Assembly: GCA_963663475.2 (NCBI GenBank)
Contig: CAXXJV010000001.1
Span: 448,001 to 512,000, forward strand
DNA: 64,000 nucleotides
Origin: Candidatus Cloacimonadales bacterium
GTDB taxonomy: Bacteria; Cloacimonadota; Cloacimonadia; Cloacimonadales; JAFGVF01
Direction of reading: 5' to 3'
Positions 19,325-29,829 of the stretch are shown in pieces. The translations under genes and the position numbers were made by a program. A model generated the notes under the pieces. It was given only the letters and a program-made list of their open reading frames with translations. It was not told the DNA's origin and searched no databases. Each line of letters starts with the position of its first letter. Position 1 is the first letter of the stretch.

Positions 19325-20698
19325 ATGGTAAAAAGAATTTTACTAGCACTTTTCGTGCTTAGTTCTTTAAGCATAGTCTTAGCTTTAGACAGGTTAAACT
19401 TAGACAAAGCTAAAGAAATGGTATTAGAAAACAATCTAGAATATCTTTCCGTTCAAGCAAGTAGAGATAAAGCAGACTACAATAAAAAGTCAGCCTTTTA
19501 TTCCTATTTACCTAGTGGAAATTTTACAGGTAGCCATACACGCTATGAGCCAGAGCTCATGATGTCAGGTAAGTATAGTAATCAGTTTGGATTAACTCTA
19601 AATCAGCCCTTATTAGCTAATGGAAGTATATATTATAGGAATAAAGTTCAAGCAGAAAATAGTAAATCAGCCAATATTAGTGTAAGGCAGAAAAGAGTAG
19701 AGCTTTTAACTCAAGTTGAGATTTTATACTACAACGTCTTAGAATCCCAGAAGAACTTGCAATTAGCCCAGACCAATGTTGAGAGAGCTTGGAAAGCCTA
19801 TGAAAGTGGTAAAATAAGCTTTCAGCAAAATGTGCTATCTAAAGCTCAACTACTTAGATTACAGGTTGATGCCACTAACAAAGCAATAAGCCAGCTCAAT
19901 AGCAAAAACGCTTATTCTGATGCTTATCGTGCCTTGCAATTATACCTAAATAGTGATGATGATTTTAGTTTAGAGGAAGTAGATTTCATCGCAGAAGAAA
20001 AATCAAAAGATTATCTGAAGATGTCTGGAAAATTTGCCTTGAATGATCAAGGAGCTTTAATTAAGGATACTAAGGCCTATACTAAGCTGTTAAATAAACT
20101 TCTTACTACTTCAATCCAAGAAAATCCTCAAATAGCCATAGCTAAAACAGGTATCAATCTAGCCCAATATTCTTTGAAGCAAGAGCAAAGTTCTTTCCTT
20201 CCTAGTCTAAATTTATCTCTAAATCATAATTGGTCAGCCAATGAACTTGCAACAGACTATGAAGACCAAACAAGTATAATGCTCAATGCCTCAATATCTT
20301 TCTTCCCTTTAATGAATAAAGTCCATAATGTTAATTCTCAAAAAATGAATCTCAAACAAGTGAACTATAATTACCAAGCCCTATTGAAAGATATCAAATC
20401 AAGAATTGAAACATCTTTAAACAACTATTTGATATCTTTGGAAAGAATAGAGCTAGCAGGTCAAACACTAAGACTTAACCAAGAGATATTTAAAGAGCAA
20501 GAAGCAAAGTTTCAGAACAATTTAATTTCAGTCGATGACTATTTAGATTCTCAAGCAGAGCTGGATCAAGCCAGCCTTCAATATAATTCTTCCCTTTATG
20601 GCTTCCTCAAAAGCCAATCTAATCTAGCCTATACAATAGGGTTTGAGGACTCTAGCCAAATCGCAAATATAATTACACTAATTCTAGAGGAGCAATAA
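19325..20698 (+). CDS. TolC family outer-membrane efflux protein
   Basis: Signal peptide, two OEP-like repeats (YLPS; NPQI...FLPSL), first gene of the RND operon. Confidence 0.88.
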   Translation: MVKRILLALFVLSSLSIVLALDRLNLDKAKEMVLENNLEYLSVQASRDKADYNKKSAFYSYLPSGNFTGSHTRYEPELMMSGKYSNQFGLTLNQPLLANGSIYYRNKVQAENSKSANISVRQKRVELLTQVEILYYNVLESQKNLQLAQTNVERAWKAYESGKISFQQNVLSKAQLLRLQVDATNKAISQLNSKNAYSDAYRALQLYLNSDDDFSLEEVDFIAEEKSKDYLKMSGKFALNDQGALIKDTKAYTKLLNKLLTTSIQENPQIAIAKTGINLAQYSLKQEQSSFLPSLNLSLNHNWSANELATDYEDQTSIMLNASISFFPLMNKVHNVNSQKMNLKQVNYNYQALLKDIKSRIETSLNNYLISLERIELAGQTLRLNQEIFKEQEAKFQNNLISVDDYLDSQAELDQASLQYNSSLYGFLKSQSNLAYTIGFEDSSQIANIITLILEEQ

Positions 20699-21804
20699 TG
20701 AACATAAATAAAAATAAAATGATAAAGTTTGTTGGTATAATCTCTCTACTAATCTTAGCTGTCAGCAGTGGATGTGCTAAAAGAGATAAAGAAGATAATC
20801 TTAGTAAAAATGGTAATGGAGCAACAAGAGTAATAGTTGAAACTATCAAAAAAGAACCAATAGTAAGAACAATCCAGCTTTCAGGTAAAGCAGAAGGCAT
20901 AGTAGATATTGATGTACATGCAGAAATTAGTGGCAGACTTGTTTCTCTCAATAAAGCTTTGGGAGATTACGTTAAAGAAGGTCAAGAAATTGGTCGTATT
21001 GAATCTGCCCAATATGAATATGCTTTCAAACAAGCAGAAGCCCAACTTATTGCAGCAGAAGCAGGACTCAAATCAAAAGAGATGCAAGTCAAAGCAGATT
21101 CTCTTCTTTTCTCACAAGAATCAATATCCCAACAAGCCCTTCTAAACTCACAAAATGCTTACCAAATGGCACTAGCTTCCTATAAAGGAGGACAAGCACT
21201 TTATGAACAAAGCAAAAGAACACTTGCTAGAGCAATCATTAAAGCTCCAAAATCAGGCTATATTTCTTATCTTCCTGTAAAAGTAGGAGAAGCTATACAA
21301 GCTAATACCCTGCTTTACTCATTAGTAGATGATTCAGAAATAATTGTCAGAACAGGATTAGGACAAAACTATATCAATCTAATAGATAAAAATGATAAAG
21401 TTTCTATCACCTGTAATTCTACTAATCTTGAGACCAAGGGAATAGTCAAAAGAATTGGTAGATCTGCAAAACTTGGAGATTCACTCTACCCCATAGAAAT
21501 AACATTCAAGAATCCAGGACAAATGAAGTCTGGTATGATACTTAACTTAGAATTGGAAAAAGAGACAGAACAATCTATGTATGCAATCAGATTTTCTGTA
21601 GTAGAACAACGCTATGATAAAAGATATGTCTATGTTGCAGAAGGTGATAAAGCAAAATTAAAAGAAGTAAAATTAGGTGATATGTTTGGCAACAATGTTG
21701 TAGTCACAGAAGGTTTAGCAGAAGGCGACCTTCTTATCGTTGATTCTGCAGGAAAATTATCTGATGGATATCCCATAATTTATAATCAATCAGAAAAGGA
21801 GTAG
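20698..21804 (+). CDS. RND efflux periplasmic adaptor (MFP)
   Basis: Lipobox SSGC, lipoyl halves (AEISG...GDYVKEGQ; IKAPKSG) and C-terminal GLAEGD. Confidence 0.9.
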   Translation: MNINKNKMIKFVGIISLLILAVSSGCAKRDKEDNLSKNGNGATRVIVETIKKEPIVRTIQLSGKAEGIVDIDVHAEISGRLVSLNKALGDYVKEGQEIGRIESAQYEYAFKQAEAQLIAAEAGLKSKEMQVKADSLLFSQESISQQALLNSQNAYQMALASYKGGQALYEQSKRTLARAIIKAPKSGYISYLPVKVGEAIQANTLLYSLVDDSEIIVRTGLGQNYINLIDKNDKVSITCNSTNLETKGIVKRIGRSAKLGDSLYPIEITFKNPGQMKSGMILNLELEKETEQSMYAIRFSVVEQRYDKRYVYVAEGDKAKLKEVKLGDMFGNNVVVTEGLAEGDLLIVDSAGKLSDGYPIIYNQSEKE

Positions 21805-21807
21805 GAT

Positions 21808-24800
21808 ATGTCTCTCCCAAAATTCTCGATAGATAACCCAATTCTCGTAAACATGTTTATGATTATAGTCTTTATATTTGGCTTCATAACCATATACGAG
21901 ATACCAAAAGAAGAAATGCCAGGAATTGAATTCGGTGCATTTAATATTGTAGTTACCTACCCAGGAGTTTCTCCAGAAGAAATTGAACAGAATGTAGTAA
22001 ATAAGATCGAGAAGCAAATCCAACGAATGGATGGTATTGATTATATATCTTCCACTTCCCAAGAAGGAATGGCTACAATCTATGTTCAAATGGAAGCAGA
22101 TGCTGATATGGAAAGAGCTTGGTCGGATATAAATGCAGAACTTGATAAGGTAAATGATTTACCAGAAAACGCTAATGAACCAATAGTTACCGAAATCAAG
22201 ATGCGAGAATTTAATTCAATAGCATCAGTAGTCATTAGTGGTGATAAAGATGATAACACCTTAAGAGAGATTTCAGAAGATTTCGAAGACGCCTTGTTTA
22301 AAATTCCTTTTATCTCAAAAGTAGAAATATCAGGTACAAGAGATCGCCAGTTTTGGATTCAGGTAGATAACGATAGACTAAATCAGCTGGGAATTACTTA
22401 TAATGAAGTTGCTAATATAATTTCTCAAACAAATGCAAATGTTCCTGCGGGAGAATTAGATGTAGGCTCAAGTCAATATCTAGTTCGCACTATGGGAGAA
22501 TATGCAAGTGTAGAGGAAATTGCAAATCAAGTAGTCAGGATGAATAGTGATGGTTCTGCTATCAAGGTAAAAGACTTTGCCCAAGTTTTAGATACCTTAG
22601 AAGACCAAGAAACAATAGGAAAATATAATGGAATGCAAGGAATCAACATATCTGTCTATATGAAGGGAGAAGGTAATATAATAACCGTTATAGAAGATGT
22701 AAAAGAGCTTGCAAATAGATTCCAAGAAGATATTGATGGTATTCGTGTTGATGTAAGAAATGATGGCTCAATCAGGGTAAAGAATAGCATAGCCACTCTT
22801 TCAACAAATGCTCTTATGGGTATTGTTCTTGTATTTATCGTTCTCTATATATTCTTAGGCTTTAAAAATGCTCTTTACGCAGCTTGGGGAATTCCTTTTT
22901 CTTTCCTTCTAACAATTATTTTTATGGATTACTTCGGAGTAACCTTAAATAATCTGAGTCTTTTTGGACTTATCTTAGTCTTGGGTATGATAGTTGATGA
23001 CGCGATTATTGTCTTAGAAAATATCCACAGGTATAGCGAAATGGGTTATACCAAATATGATGCAGCTTTGAAAGGAACTCAAGAAATCATGTGGCCAGTA
23101 ATAGCAGCAGTAGCTACAACAGTCGCTGCTTTTGCTCCAATGCTCTTCATGGAAGGAAACATGGGTAAGTTCTTAGGTAACTTCACTATAGTTGTAAGTT
23201 TAGCCCTTACTGCTTCTCTGATAGAATGTTTATTACTTCTTCCTTCTCATGTTAATGAATTTGGAACAGCAAATTTTGTTGAAGGTCAAGACCATAAGCT
23301 TCATAAAGCCTTAACTTTAAAATATAAGAAAGCAATCTCATGGGTATTAAAACATAGAACAATATCTTTAAGTACAGCCATTCTAGCTCTTATTGCTTCA
23401 GGAGGACTTCTAGTAGCTGGAGCAGTAGGCTTTGAGTTTTTCCCAAAATCAACTCCTAAAACGCTTAAGATTATCATAGAAACTGAAGTAGGTTCAAGTC
23501 TTGATAAAACTAATCAAGTAGTTTCTAAGATTGAACAAGGTATCATTACTATGAAAGAAAAGGACGATATCGAAGCTATTGTTTCTACAATTGGTTCCTA
23601 TAGAGATAGAAGAATTACAGAACAAGCAACTAATTACGCCTCTGTTTCAGTTGATTTAGTTGATGCAGACCTTCTAACTAACGATTATAGGTCTATTCGT
23701 AGAAGAATTATGAAAATACTTGATTCAACTGATGGTTTAAAACTCTATAAACTTAAAGAAGCTCAAGGCGGTGGTCCAAGAGCGGAATATGATATTGAGC
23801 TTAGACTTTATGGTGAAGACATGAAAGAGTTAGATCAGCTTTCAAACTACCTTACTGGTATTCTTGATGAAATACCTGGTGTTGAAGAGATAGAACTAGG
23901 ACAAGCTGATGGTAAATCTGAAATTAGAATTCTTCCTAACAAAAATGCACTCTATATCAATGGTTTAAATGAAGCTTCTATTTCCAATACTGTTGCTACT
24001 GCACTTTATGGAAGAAAAATATCTGTCTTTAGAGGTTCTGGTATTGAAGAATATGACATTATACTCAAGTCAGATAAAGAACAATTATCTAAATTCTCTG
24101 ATTTAGAAAACCTAAAAATACGTAACAAGAATCAACAGTTAATTCCTCTCCAAGATCTAGCTAGCTTCAATATTAGCCAAGCTTCATCTAAAATAGAACA
24201 CTATGATTTAGAAAGAATGTACACAATAACTGCCCAGTGTGGCTTCTATGAAGAAAATGGTGTCCAAAGAAAAAGAGTTCCAAATGAAGTTACAGAAATC
24301 CTCCAAGGTTCTAGAATTAAGGGAACTGAAGGATTACTATCTAACTTTAGTCAAGAAAATCCTGGCTATCGAGTTGAGTTAGGTGGTATCCAGAAACAAC
24401 AAGATGAAACCTATTCTAGCTTAGGTAAAGCTTTTGGGATTGCTCTTTTGTTAATCTTTACTATCCTGGCAACCCAGTTTAAATCATATTTCAAGCCACT
24501 CATTGTTATGTCTGCCCTACCTTTCGCCTTTATTGGTGTGGTATTTGGACTATTTATAACTGGCCAATCATTCTCAATGATGACTATGATTGCCGTGCTT
24601 GCTTTGGCTGGTATTGTGGTGAATGATTCTCTTGTTCTTGTGGATTTCATTAATAAAGAAAGATTTGAAGGTCGTGATAGATGGCATTCTCTTGTTAATG
24701 CAGGAGCTGTAAGACTTAGACCTATCATTATGACTACAGTGACTACTATTGCTGGCTTCTTGCCTATGATATTGTCAAATTCTGTAGCAACAGCTGACTG

Positions 24801-24954
24801 GAAACCAATGGCTACTGCAATTGCCTTCGGACTTGGCTTTGCAACTGTATTAACACTTTTCCTTGTGCCTGTTCTTTACTCTATAGTTGATTCAATCACT
24901 GTGAGAATTACTGGTAAAGGTGAAAAAACTAAAGCTAAAGATGTTCTAAACTAG
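21808..24954 (+). CDS. RND efflux permease (AcrB/AcrD/AcrF family)
   Basis: 1048 aa; YPGVSPEEIE, GMIVDDAIIVLENI, GIVVND and RLRPIIMTT. Confidence 0.95.
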   Translation: MSLPKFSIDNPILVNMFMIIVFIFGFITIYEIPKEEMPGIEFGAFNIVVTYPGVSPEEIEQNVVNKIEKQIQRMDGIDYISSTSQEGMATIYVQMEADADMERAWSDINAELDKVNDLPENANEPIVTEIKMREFNSIASVVISGDKDDNTLREISEDFEDALFKIPFISKVEISGTRDRQFWIQVDNDRLNQLGITYNEVANIISQTNANVPAGELDVGSSQYLVRTMGEYASVEEIANQVVRMNSDGSAIKVKDFAQVLDTLEDQETIGKYNGMQGINISVYMKGEGNIITVIEDVKELANRFQEDIDGIRVDVRNDGSIRVKNSIATLSTNALMGIVLVFIVLYIFLGFKNALYAAWGIPFSFLLTIIFMDYFGVTLNNLSLFGLILVLGMIVDDAIIVLENIHRYSEMGYTKYDAALKGTQEIMWPVIAAVATTVAAFAPMLFMEGNMGKFLGNFTIVVSLALTASLIECLLLLPSHVNEFGTANFVEGQDHKLHKALTLKYKKAISWVLKHRTISLSTAILALIASGGLLVAGAVGFEFFPKSTPKTLKIIIETEVGSSLDKTNQVVSKIEQGIITMKEKDDIEAIVSTIGSYRDRRITEQATNYASVSVDLVDADLLTNDYRSIRRRIMKILDSTDGLKLYKLKEAQGGGPRAEYDIELRLYGEDMKELDQLSNYLTGILDEIPGVEEIELGQADGKSEIRILPNKNALYINGLNEASISNTVATALYGRKISVFRGSGIEEYDIILKSDKEQLSKFSDLENLKIRNKNQQLIPLQDLASFNISQASSKIEHYDLERMYTITAQCGFYEENGVQRKRVPNEVTEILQGSRIKGTEGLLSNFSQENPGYRVELGGIQKQQDETYSSLGKAFGIALLLIFTILATQFKSYFKPLIVMSALPFAFIGVVFGLFITGQSFSMMTMIAVLALAGIVVNDSLVLVDFINKERFEGRDRWHSLVNAGAVRLRPIIMTTVTTIAGFLPMILSNSVATADWKPMATAIAFGLGFATVLTLFLVPVLYSIVDSITVRITGKGEKTKAKDVLN

Positions 24955-24986
24955 AAGCTATATTTGCTTGTGGTGTTTAATTAATT

Positions 24987-25012
24987 AAGGCGGACTTTTG
25001 TTCGCCTTTTTT
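24987..25012 (+). terminator. Intrinsic terminator after the RND operon
   Basis: AAGGCGGAC-TTTT-GTTCGCCTT followed by a T tract. Confidence 0.8.
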
Positions 25013-25190
25013 ATTGCTCTCCCCAAAGTAGAGTGGCGAGGTTCCAGCCCGTATTTACGGAGATGACAAGAAGAAAAAGATCCTTAACACAGAGTTCACA
25101 GAGGTTACCACAGAGTTTAGAAGGGAATGTTTACTCTCCCCGCCTTACGGCACCCCTCTCATACCGCTCTTACGAGCTGAAAGGGGAATG

Positions 25191-25262
25191 TCAATCTCTC
25201 AATCTCTCAATCTCTCAATCTCTCAATCTCTCTATCCCTCAATCTCTCAATCTCTCTATCCC
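25191..25262. repeat. Octamer tandem repeat (TCAATCTC) x9, two units variant (TCTATCCC)
   Basis: Read directly; overlaps the last codons of pabC. Confidence 0.9.
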
Positions 25263-25994
25263 TCCAATTAACCAGGGGGAAAATTCAATATCATCAATTG
25301 ATTTAACAGCTACTACTCCCTGAACAGAGTTACTTATAAAAGCTTGTTCGAAGCTTGCTAAGTCATTTAGATAAATATCAACTTCTTCAACAGGGTACTT
25401 GTCAATAATTTTCTGTCTCATAATACCATTTAGAATATTATTATTTGCTTTAGGAGTATAGATTTTCCCTTTTTTACTGAAGAAAATATTAGCATAACAA
25501 CATTCGCAGATCATTCCTTGAGAATTAACTAATAAACCTTCATCATAGCCTTGCTTGCTAGCCAACCTATGCAAGAATACCTGTTCTAGGTAATTAAGAG
25601 ACTTAATATTGCGAAAATCATTAGCTTGATAAGTGTGAGATATGACTTTTATTCGGATGGCTTCTTGCAAAAGATTTAGTTGGGAGGTTAAGATTATCAG
25701 ACTTGATTCTCCTCCTAAATTTTCATAGATTATTATTTTAATTCTCAGGTTATCTTTTTTATTTAAGACAAGTAAATGGCTAATAATCTCCTTATAATCT
25801 ACTTGGGGAAAAGTTAATTTAAGTTTCGCACAAGATGTCTTAAGTCGTAAAATATGCTTATCTAAATCTAAAGCTATTCCGTCTTTTGTTCTTAAAGAAG
25901 TAAAAACCCCATAAGCATATTGGAATCCAGAGCAGGTCAAAGGAATATTAATCTCTGACTCTGATCTATAACAGCCATTATGATAGGCTATCAT
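25239..25994 (-). CDS. pabC: Class IV aminotransferase, probably aminodeoxychorismate lyase
   Basis: GFQYAYGVF, HILRL, IKSLNY, ILNGIMR and SNSVQG; in an operon with pabA and pabB. Confidence 0.8.
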   Translation of the reverse strand: MIAYHNGCYRSESEINIPLTCSGFQYAYGVFTSLRTKDGIALDLDKHILRLKTSCAKLKLTFPQVDYKEIISHLLVLNKKDNLRIKIIIYENLGGESSLIILTSQLNLLQEAIRIKVISHTYQANDFRNIKSLNYLEQVFLHRLASKQGYDEGLLVNSQGMICECCYANIFFSKKGKIYTPKANNNILNGIMRQKIIDKYPVEEVDIYLNDLASFEQAFISNSVQGVVAVKSIDDIEFSPWLIGGIERLRD

Positions 25995-27271
25995 TTTCCC
26001 TCCTTAATATCTAAAAAGTTTCGAATTTTATGTAATATTTCCTGATACTCATTTGCAGGCTGGGAATCAATAGTAATTGCTCCTCCACTATTAACATAAA
26101 GTTTATCATCAACAATAATACCTGTTCTTATCACAATACTGCTAGTTAAAAAAGTCTTATTTACCAGCAAGATACTACCTGTGTAGAGATTTCTTTTATA
26201 GCTTTCCAAATCTTCGATTACTTTCATGGAAGCTATTTTAGGGCAACCAGTTATTGAACCACCAGGAAAGCAGGCTTTTATCAGATTAACAATTGAAATA
26301 TTTGGTTTTAGTCTGCCCTCCACTATCCCAACCAAGTGAAAAACATTAGCAAAAACTTCTAATTTATTGGGGTTAAGAACCTTGACTGAACCAATTTGAC
26401 AGACTTTTGATAAGTCATTTCTTAGTAAATCAACTATCATGTGTAATTCAGCTAAATCTTTCTTAGAACTCAATAAGAAATCTCTATTAGCTTGATCTTC
26501 TTGGTCATTTTTCCCACGTGGTGCAGTTCCCTTAATAGGTTTAGTACTTACCTTTCCTTGGTCACAATAGAGAAATTGTTCAGGAGAAATACTAGCTACA
26601 GTAAAATCTGAGTAGCTTAAATATGCTGAGAAAGGGCCATTGTTCTTCTCATATAAGTTAAGAAAAAAGGCAAGTGAACTACCTATAAAGTCTGCTGAAA
26701 ATTGCTGAGTAAGGTTAACTTCATAGACTTCTCCTTGCAGGATTAAATCTTGAATAGTTTCCACTTTTTGGCAATATTCACTTTCATTACATTCTTGGGT
26801 AAAGTTTGCTAGCTGATAGTTTTCTAAATAATTAGTTTTTTTAGAAGTTTCATATTCAGTGAAAGCAAATTCTATTTCCCAACATTTATTGTTTTTATTA
26901 TCCCAGTAGCGGTAGTTCTTATAGATAACTAATCTAGCTTGAGGAATCTGATATGAGTATATATTCTTATCAGGTATTGACTCTATATAGCGGCCTAAAT
27001 CATAGTTCAAGTAACCTATCCAACCACATCTGTTAGCAGGATAAACTAAATGAGCAAAATCATACTTATTTATCAGTTTATCAAGTTTAGCCCACACTTG
27101 TTTATCATTAGAGAAAAGAGCTTCTTCAACTGGATTCCAGCCACATATTGAAAATTCTGATTGTAGGGGATCACCAGTTAATAAGGCGGAATTTTGGTAG
27201 TTATTTTCTTTAATCCACAAGCTAGCTTCATTAAAATCTACTTGTTTTATTTTAGCAATTTCAATTTTCAT
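25991..27271 (-). CDS. pabB: Aminodeoxychorismate synthase component I
   Basis: GEVYEVN, SPEQF, PIKGT (PabB-type), MIVDLLRNDL and FPGGSITGCPK. Confidence 0.9.
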   Translation of the reverse strand: MKIEIAKIKQVDFNEASLWIKENNYQNSALLTGDPLQSEFSICGWNPVEEALFSNDKQVWAKLDKLINKYDFAHLVYPANRCGWIGYLNYDLGRYIESIPDKNIYSYQIPQARLVIYKNYRYWDNKNNKCWEIEFAFTEYETSKKTNYLENYQLANFTQECNESEYCQKVETIQDLILQGEVYEVNLTQQFSADFIGSSLAFFLNLYEKNNGPFSAYLSYSDFTVASISPEQFLYCDQGKVSTKPIKGTAPRGKNDQEDQANRDFLLSSKKDLAELHMIVDLLRNDLSKVCQIGSVKVLNPNKLEVFANVFHLVGIVEGRLKPNISIVNLIKACFPGGSITGCPKIASMKVIEDLESYKRNLYTGSILLVNKTFLTSSIVIRTGIIVDDKLYVNSGGAITIDSQPANEYQEILHKIRNFLDIKEGK

Positions 27272-27843
27272 TAGCTCTCCAAGTTAGCGAGAAAATTCTT
27301 GATCATCTTACTTCCCTGCGGTGTCATAAAAGATTCAGGGTGAAACTGAATTCCAAAAATAGGCAATCTTTTATGCTCAATAACCATAGGAAGCTGGTCA
27401 CTAGTAGTAGCGGTAATTGCTAGTTGGGAAGATACTTCTGAGATCATAAGAGAGTGATAGCGAGCAACCTTAATCGGTTCACACAAACCTTGCATAATAA
27501 TTCCTGGGTCAAGAATTCTAATTTTTTCCTGTTTACCATGCACTGGATAAGGAGCTTTTATTGTTTTCCCACCAAAGAATTCATTTATACACTGCATACC
27601 TAAACATATACCTAATATTGCTTTAGTTTCATAATACTTGTCTATGATTTCCATAGTTAGGCCAGTATCAGCTGGTCTGCCTGGTCCTGGAGATATTACA
27701 ATTGCCTGGTATTGGGCAACATTTCCCAGCTCTATTGCATTATTCCTTACTACTTCAACTAATCCTGAATAGTTTTGCTGAATTAAGTAATATAAGTTAT
27801 AAGTGAATGAATCATAGTTATCTATCAATAATATTTTTTCCAT
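27271..27843 (-). CDS. pabA: Aminodeoxychorismate synthase component II (glutamine amidotransferase)
   Basis: IDNYDSFTYNL, SPGPG, GICLG, RYHS and QFHPES. Confidence 0.9.
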   Translation of the reverse strand: MEKILLIDNYDSFTYNLYYLIQQNYSGLVEVVRNNAIELGNVAQYQAIVISPGPGRPADTGLTMEIIDKYYETKAILGICLGMQCINEFFGGKTIKAPYPVHGKQEKIRILDPGIIMQGLCEPIKVARYHSLMISEVSSQLAITATTSDQLPMVIEHKRLPIFGIQFHPESFMTPQGSKMIKNFLANLES

Positions 27844-27925
27844 AGAAGTTAGATTATTTAGTCTTATTATTTAGTCAATTTAATATTTATTTTAGCAAAT
27901 CTTTTTAAAAAAGAGAAAAAATTAT

Positions 27926-27964
27926 TTGACATATTGAGCATACTGTATATATTGTACATATACA
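27926..27964 (+). promoter_or_regulatory. Sigma-70 promoter overlapped by a YtrA-type operator palindrome
   Basis: TTGACA-16 bp-TATATT; inverted repeat TGTATAT-N7-ATATACA at 27944-27964. Confidence 0.65.
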
Positions 27965-27991
27965 TTATATACTAAAACTAAAGGAGTTCAT

Positions 27992-28369
27992 ATGGTAATT
28001 TTAATAAGTAATTCTTCTGAACTACCGATTTACATGCAAATAGTTGAGCAGATTAAGCAACAAATACTAAGCCAAGAACTAAAAGAAGGTCAAATGCTTC
28101 CTTCAATTAGATCATTAGCACGTGACTTAAAAATTAGTGTAATCACTACTAAAAAGGCTTATTCTGAACTAGAGAAAGAAAACTTTGTAGAAACAGTTCC
28201 TGGCAAAGGAACTTTCGTTGCTCAAGCAAACTTAGAATACTTACAGGAAATGAGATTACGTAAGATAGAGAATCATCTTCAAATAGTCTTACAGGAAGCT
28301 AAATTTATCAATTTATCTAAAGAAGATTTAATAGAAATGCTAAACACTTTGCTAGAAGAGGAGAAATAA
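27992..28369 (+). CDS. GntR family regulator, YtrA subfamily
   Basis: PIYMQI, LPSIRSLA...ISVITTKKAY and GKGTFV; 125 aa; followed by an ABC ATPase. Confidence 0.92.
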   Translation: MVILISNSSELPIYMQIVEQIKQQILSQELKEGQMLPSIRSLARDLKISVITTKKAYSELEKENFVETVPGKGTFVAQANLEYLQEMRLRKIENHLQIVLQEAKFINLSKEDLIEMLNTLLEEEK

Positions 28370-29223
28370 TGAAGAATATTTTGGAAATAAAGGATCTTGT
28401 TAAGAAATTTAAATACTTTCAATTAGGTCAAATTTCGCTGAGTTTAGAGGAAGGTTCAATACTTGGGATTGTAGGACCAAATGGTGCTGGGAAAACCACA
28501 TTAATCAAGTCTATTTTAGGATTAGTAGTAAAAGATTCAGGCACTATTAAAGTTTTTGATAAATATCTGGATAAATCTGGAGTTGAAATCAGAGATAGGA
28601 TTGGTTTTGTAAATAATGAAATGATTATGAGGGGTATTGTTAGTCCTAAATCACTAGGAAAGATATATGGAAAATTCTATAGTAAATGGAATCAAAAAGT
28701 ATATGATGACTATTTAGCGAGATTTGATATTATCCCATCTAAAAGCATATCCAAACTCTCACAAGGTATGCAAATGAAGACTTCTCTAGCCTTTGCTTTA
28801 TCACATGATGCTGACTTATTAATCTTAGACGAACCTACGGCAGGTTTAGACCCAATCTTTAGAGAGGAAATTATTGATATCCTTCTAGAAGAATTAGAAG
28901 ATACAGCTAAATCTATCATCATTTCCTCCCACATCACCTCTGATTTAGACAAGTGTGCAGATTATTTGCTGGTTATGAACAAGGGTAAAATCCTTCTTCA
29001 TGGTGGTAAAGACGAGATTATTGAAAATCACCGTTTAGTAAAAGGGGATAAGGCTGATTTAAACGAGACTAGCCAAGAGCTCTTTGTTAATTATAGAGAG
29101 AATAAGTATGGCTTCGAAGGCTTGACTAAAGATTTGAGTAATCTCAAGAAAACTGTTTCTAGTGGTTATGTAATAGAGAGGCCACGCGTAGAAGACATAA
29201 TGTATTATTATTGCAAGAAGTAG
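28369..29223 (+). CDS. ABC transporter ATP-binding protein (YtrB-like)
   Basis: GPNGAGKTT, LSQGM, LDEPT and SSH. Confidence 0.93.
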   Translation: MKNILEIKDLVKKFKYFQLGQISLSLEEGSILGIVGPNGAGKTTLIKSILGLVVKDSGTIKVFDKYLDKSGVEIRDRIGFVNNEMIMRGIVSPKSLGKIYGKFYSKWNQKVYDDYLARFDIIPSKSISKLSQGMQMKTSLAFALSHDADLLILDEPTAGLDPIFREEIIDILLEELEDTAKSIIISSHITSDLDKCADYLLVMNKGKILLHGGKDEIIENHRLVKGDKADLNETSQELFVNYRENKYGFEGLTKDLSNLKKTVSSGYVIERPRVEDIMYYYCKK

Positions 29224-29229
29224 GTAGCT

Positions 29230-29820
29230 ATGAAAAATATGATATTAAAGTACTTTCGTAAACAGGCTACTCTTTTATTCTCTTTATTTGTTTTACCTGC
29301 CGTCTTTATTTTGATTGGGAACACCAATTTAGTTTTTCTGGCTTACATTAGCTTGACTTTTGCCTATATTTTTATGCTTGATGATTTTTCCTATTCGCTT
29401 GCTCTTCCCATAAGTCGTAAGGATATAGTTATTGCCAATTATCTTGCCTATCTTATCTTGGGGGTAATAATTGTCTTTTACATGGCAGGATTATTATTTA
29501 CAGCTTCTAAGTTCTTTAATTTGGCAACAGACCAATCACTATCGCTACTAGGAATCTTATACACGTTTAATATTCTGGCTATATTTTCAATAATTATACC
29601 ACTCTCAATCATCTCAAAATATAATCATTTTGTCTCAAGAATAGCCTTTTTACCTGGTGTTTTGGGTTATCTTTTAATGCTTCCTATCTTGAATTACTTT
29701 GAATACTTAGCGAAAATTAATATTCTCTATCACCTAATTTTCACTCTCTTATTAACTAGTTCTCTTGCTTATTGTGGTATTAAAATTTCACTTAAAAAAA
29801 TAGAATCAATTGATTTTTAA
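29230..29820 (+). CDS. ABC-2 type permease
   Basis: Multi-TM; LALPISRKDIV motif; operon context. Confidence 0.75.
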   Translation: MKNMILKYFRKQATLLFSLFVLPAVFILIGNTNLVFLAYISLTFAYIFMLDDFSYSLALPISRKDIVIANYLAYLILGVIIVFYMAGLLFTASKFFNLATDQSLSLLGILYTFNILAIFSIIIPLSIISKYNHFVSRIAFLPGVLGYLLMLPILNYFEYLAKINILYHLIFTLLLTSSLAYCGIKISLKKIESIDF

Positions 29821-29829
29821 GGAGCTACT

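Noticed and set aside
18847-19331. Track ORFs 18847..19029 and 19044..19331 (also 48521..48721 and 63364..63549) as a small-protein family
   Set aside because: They are translations of the dispersed repeat; there is no RBS and the frame is broken in other copies.
25033-25323. 96-aa ORF with SLNLSI repeats
   Set aside because: Translation of the octamer array and repeat patch; overlaps pabC antisense and follows a terminator.
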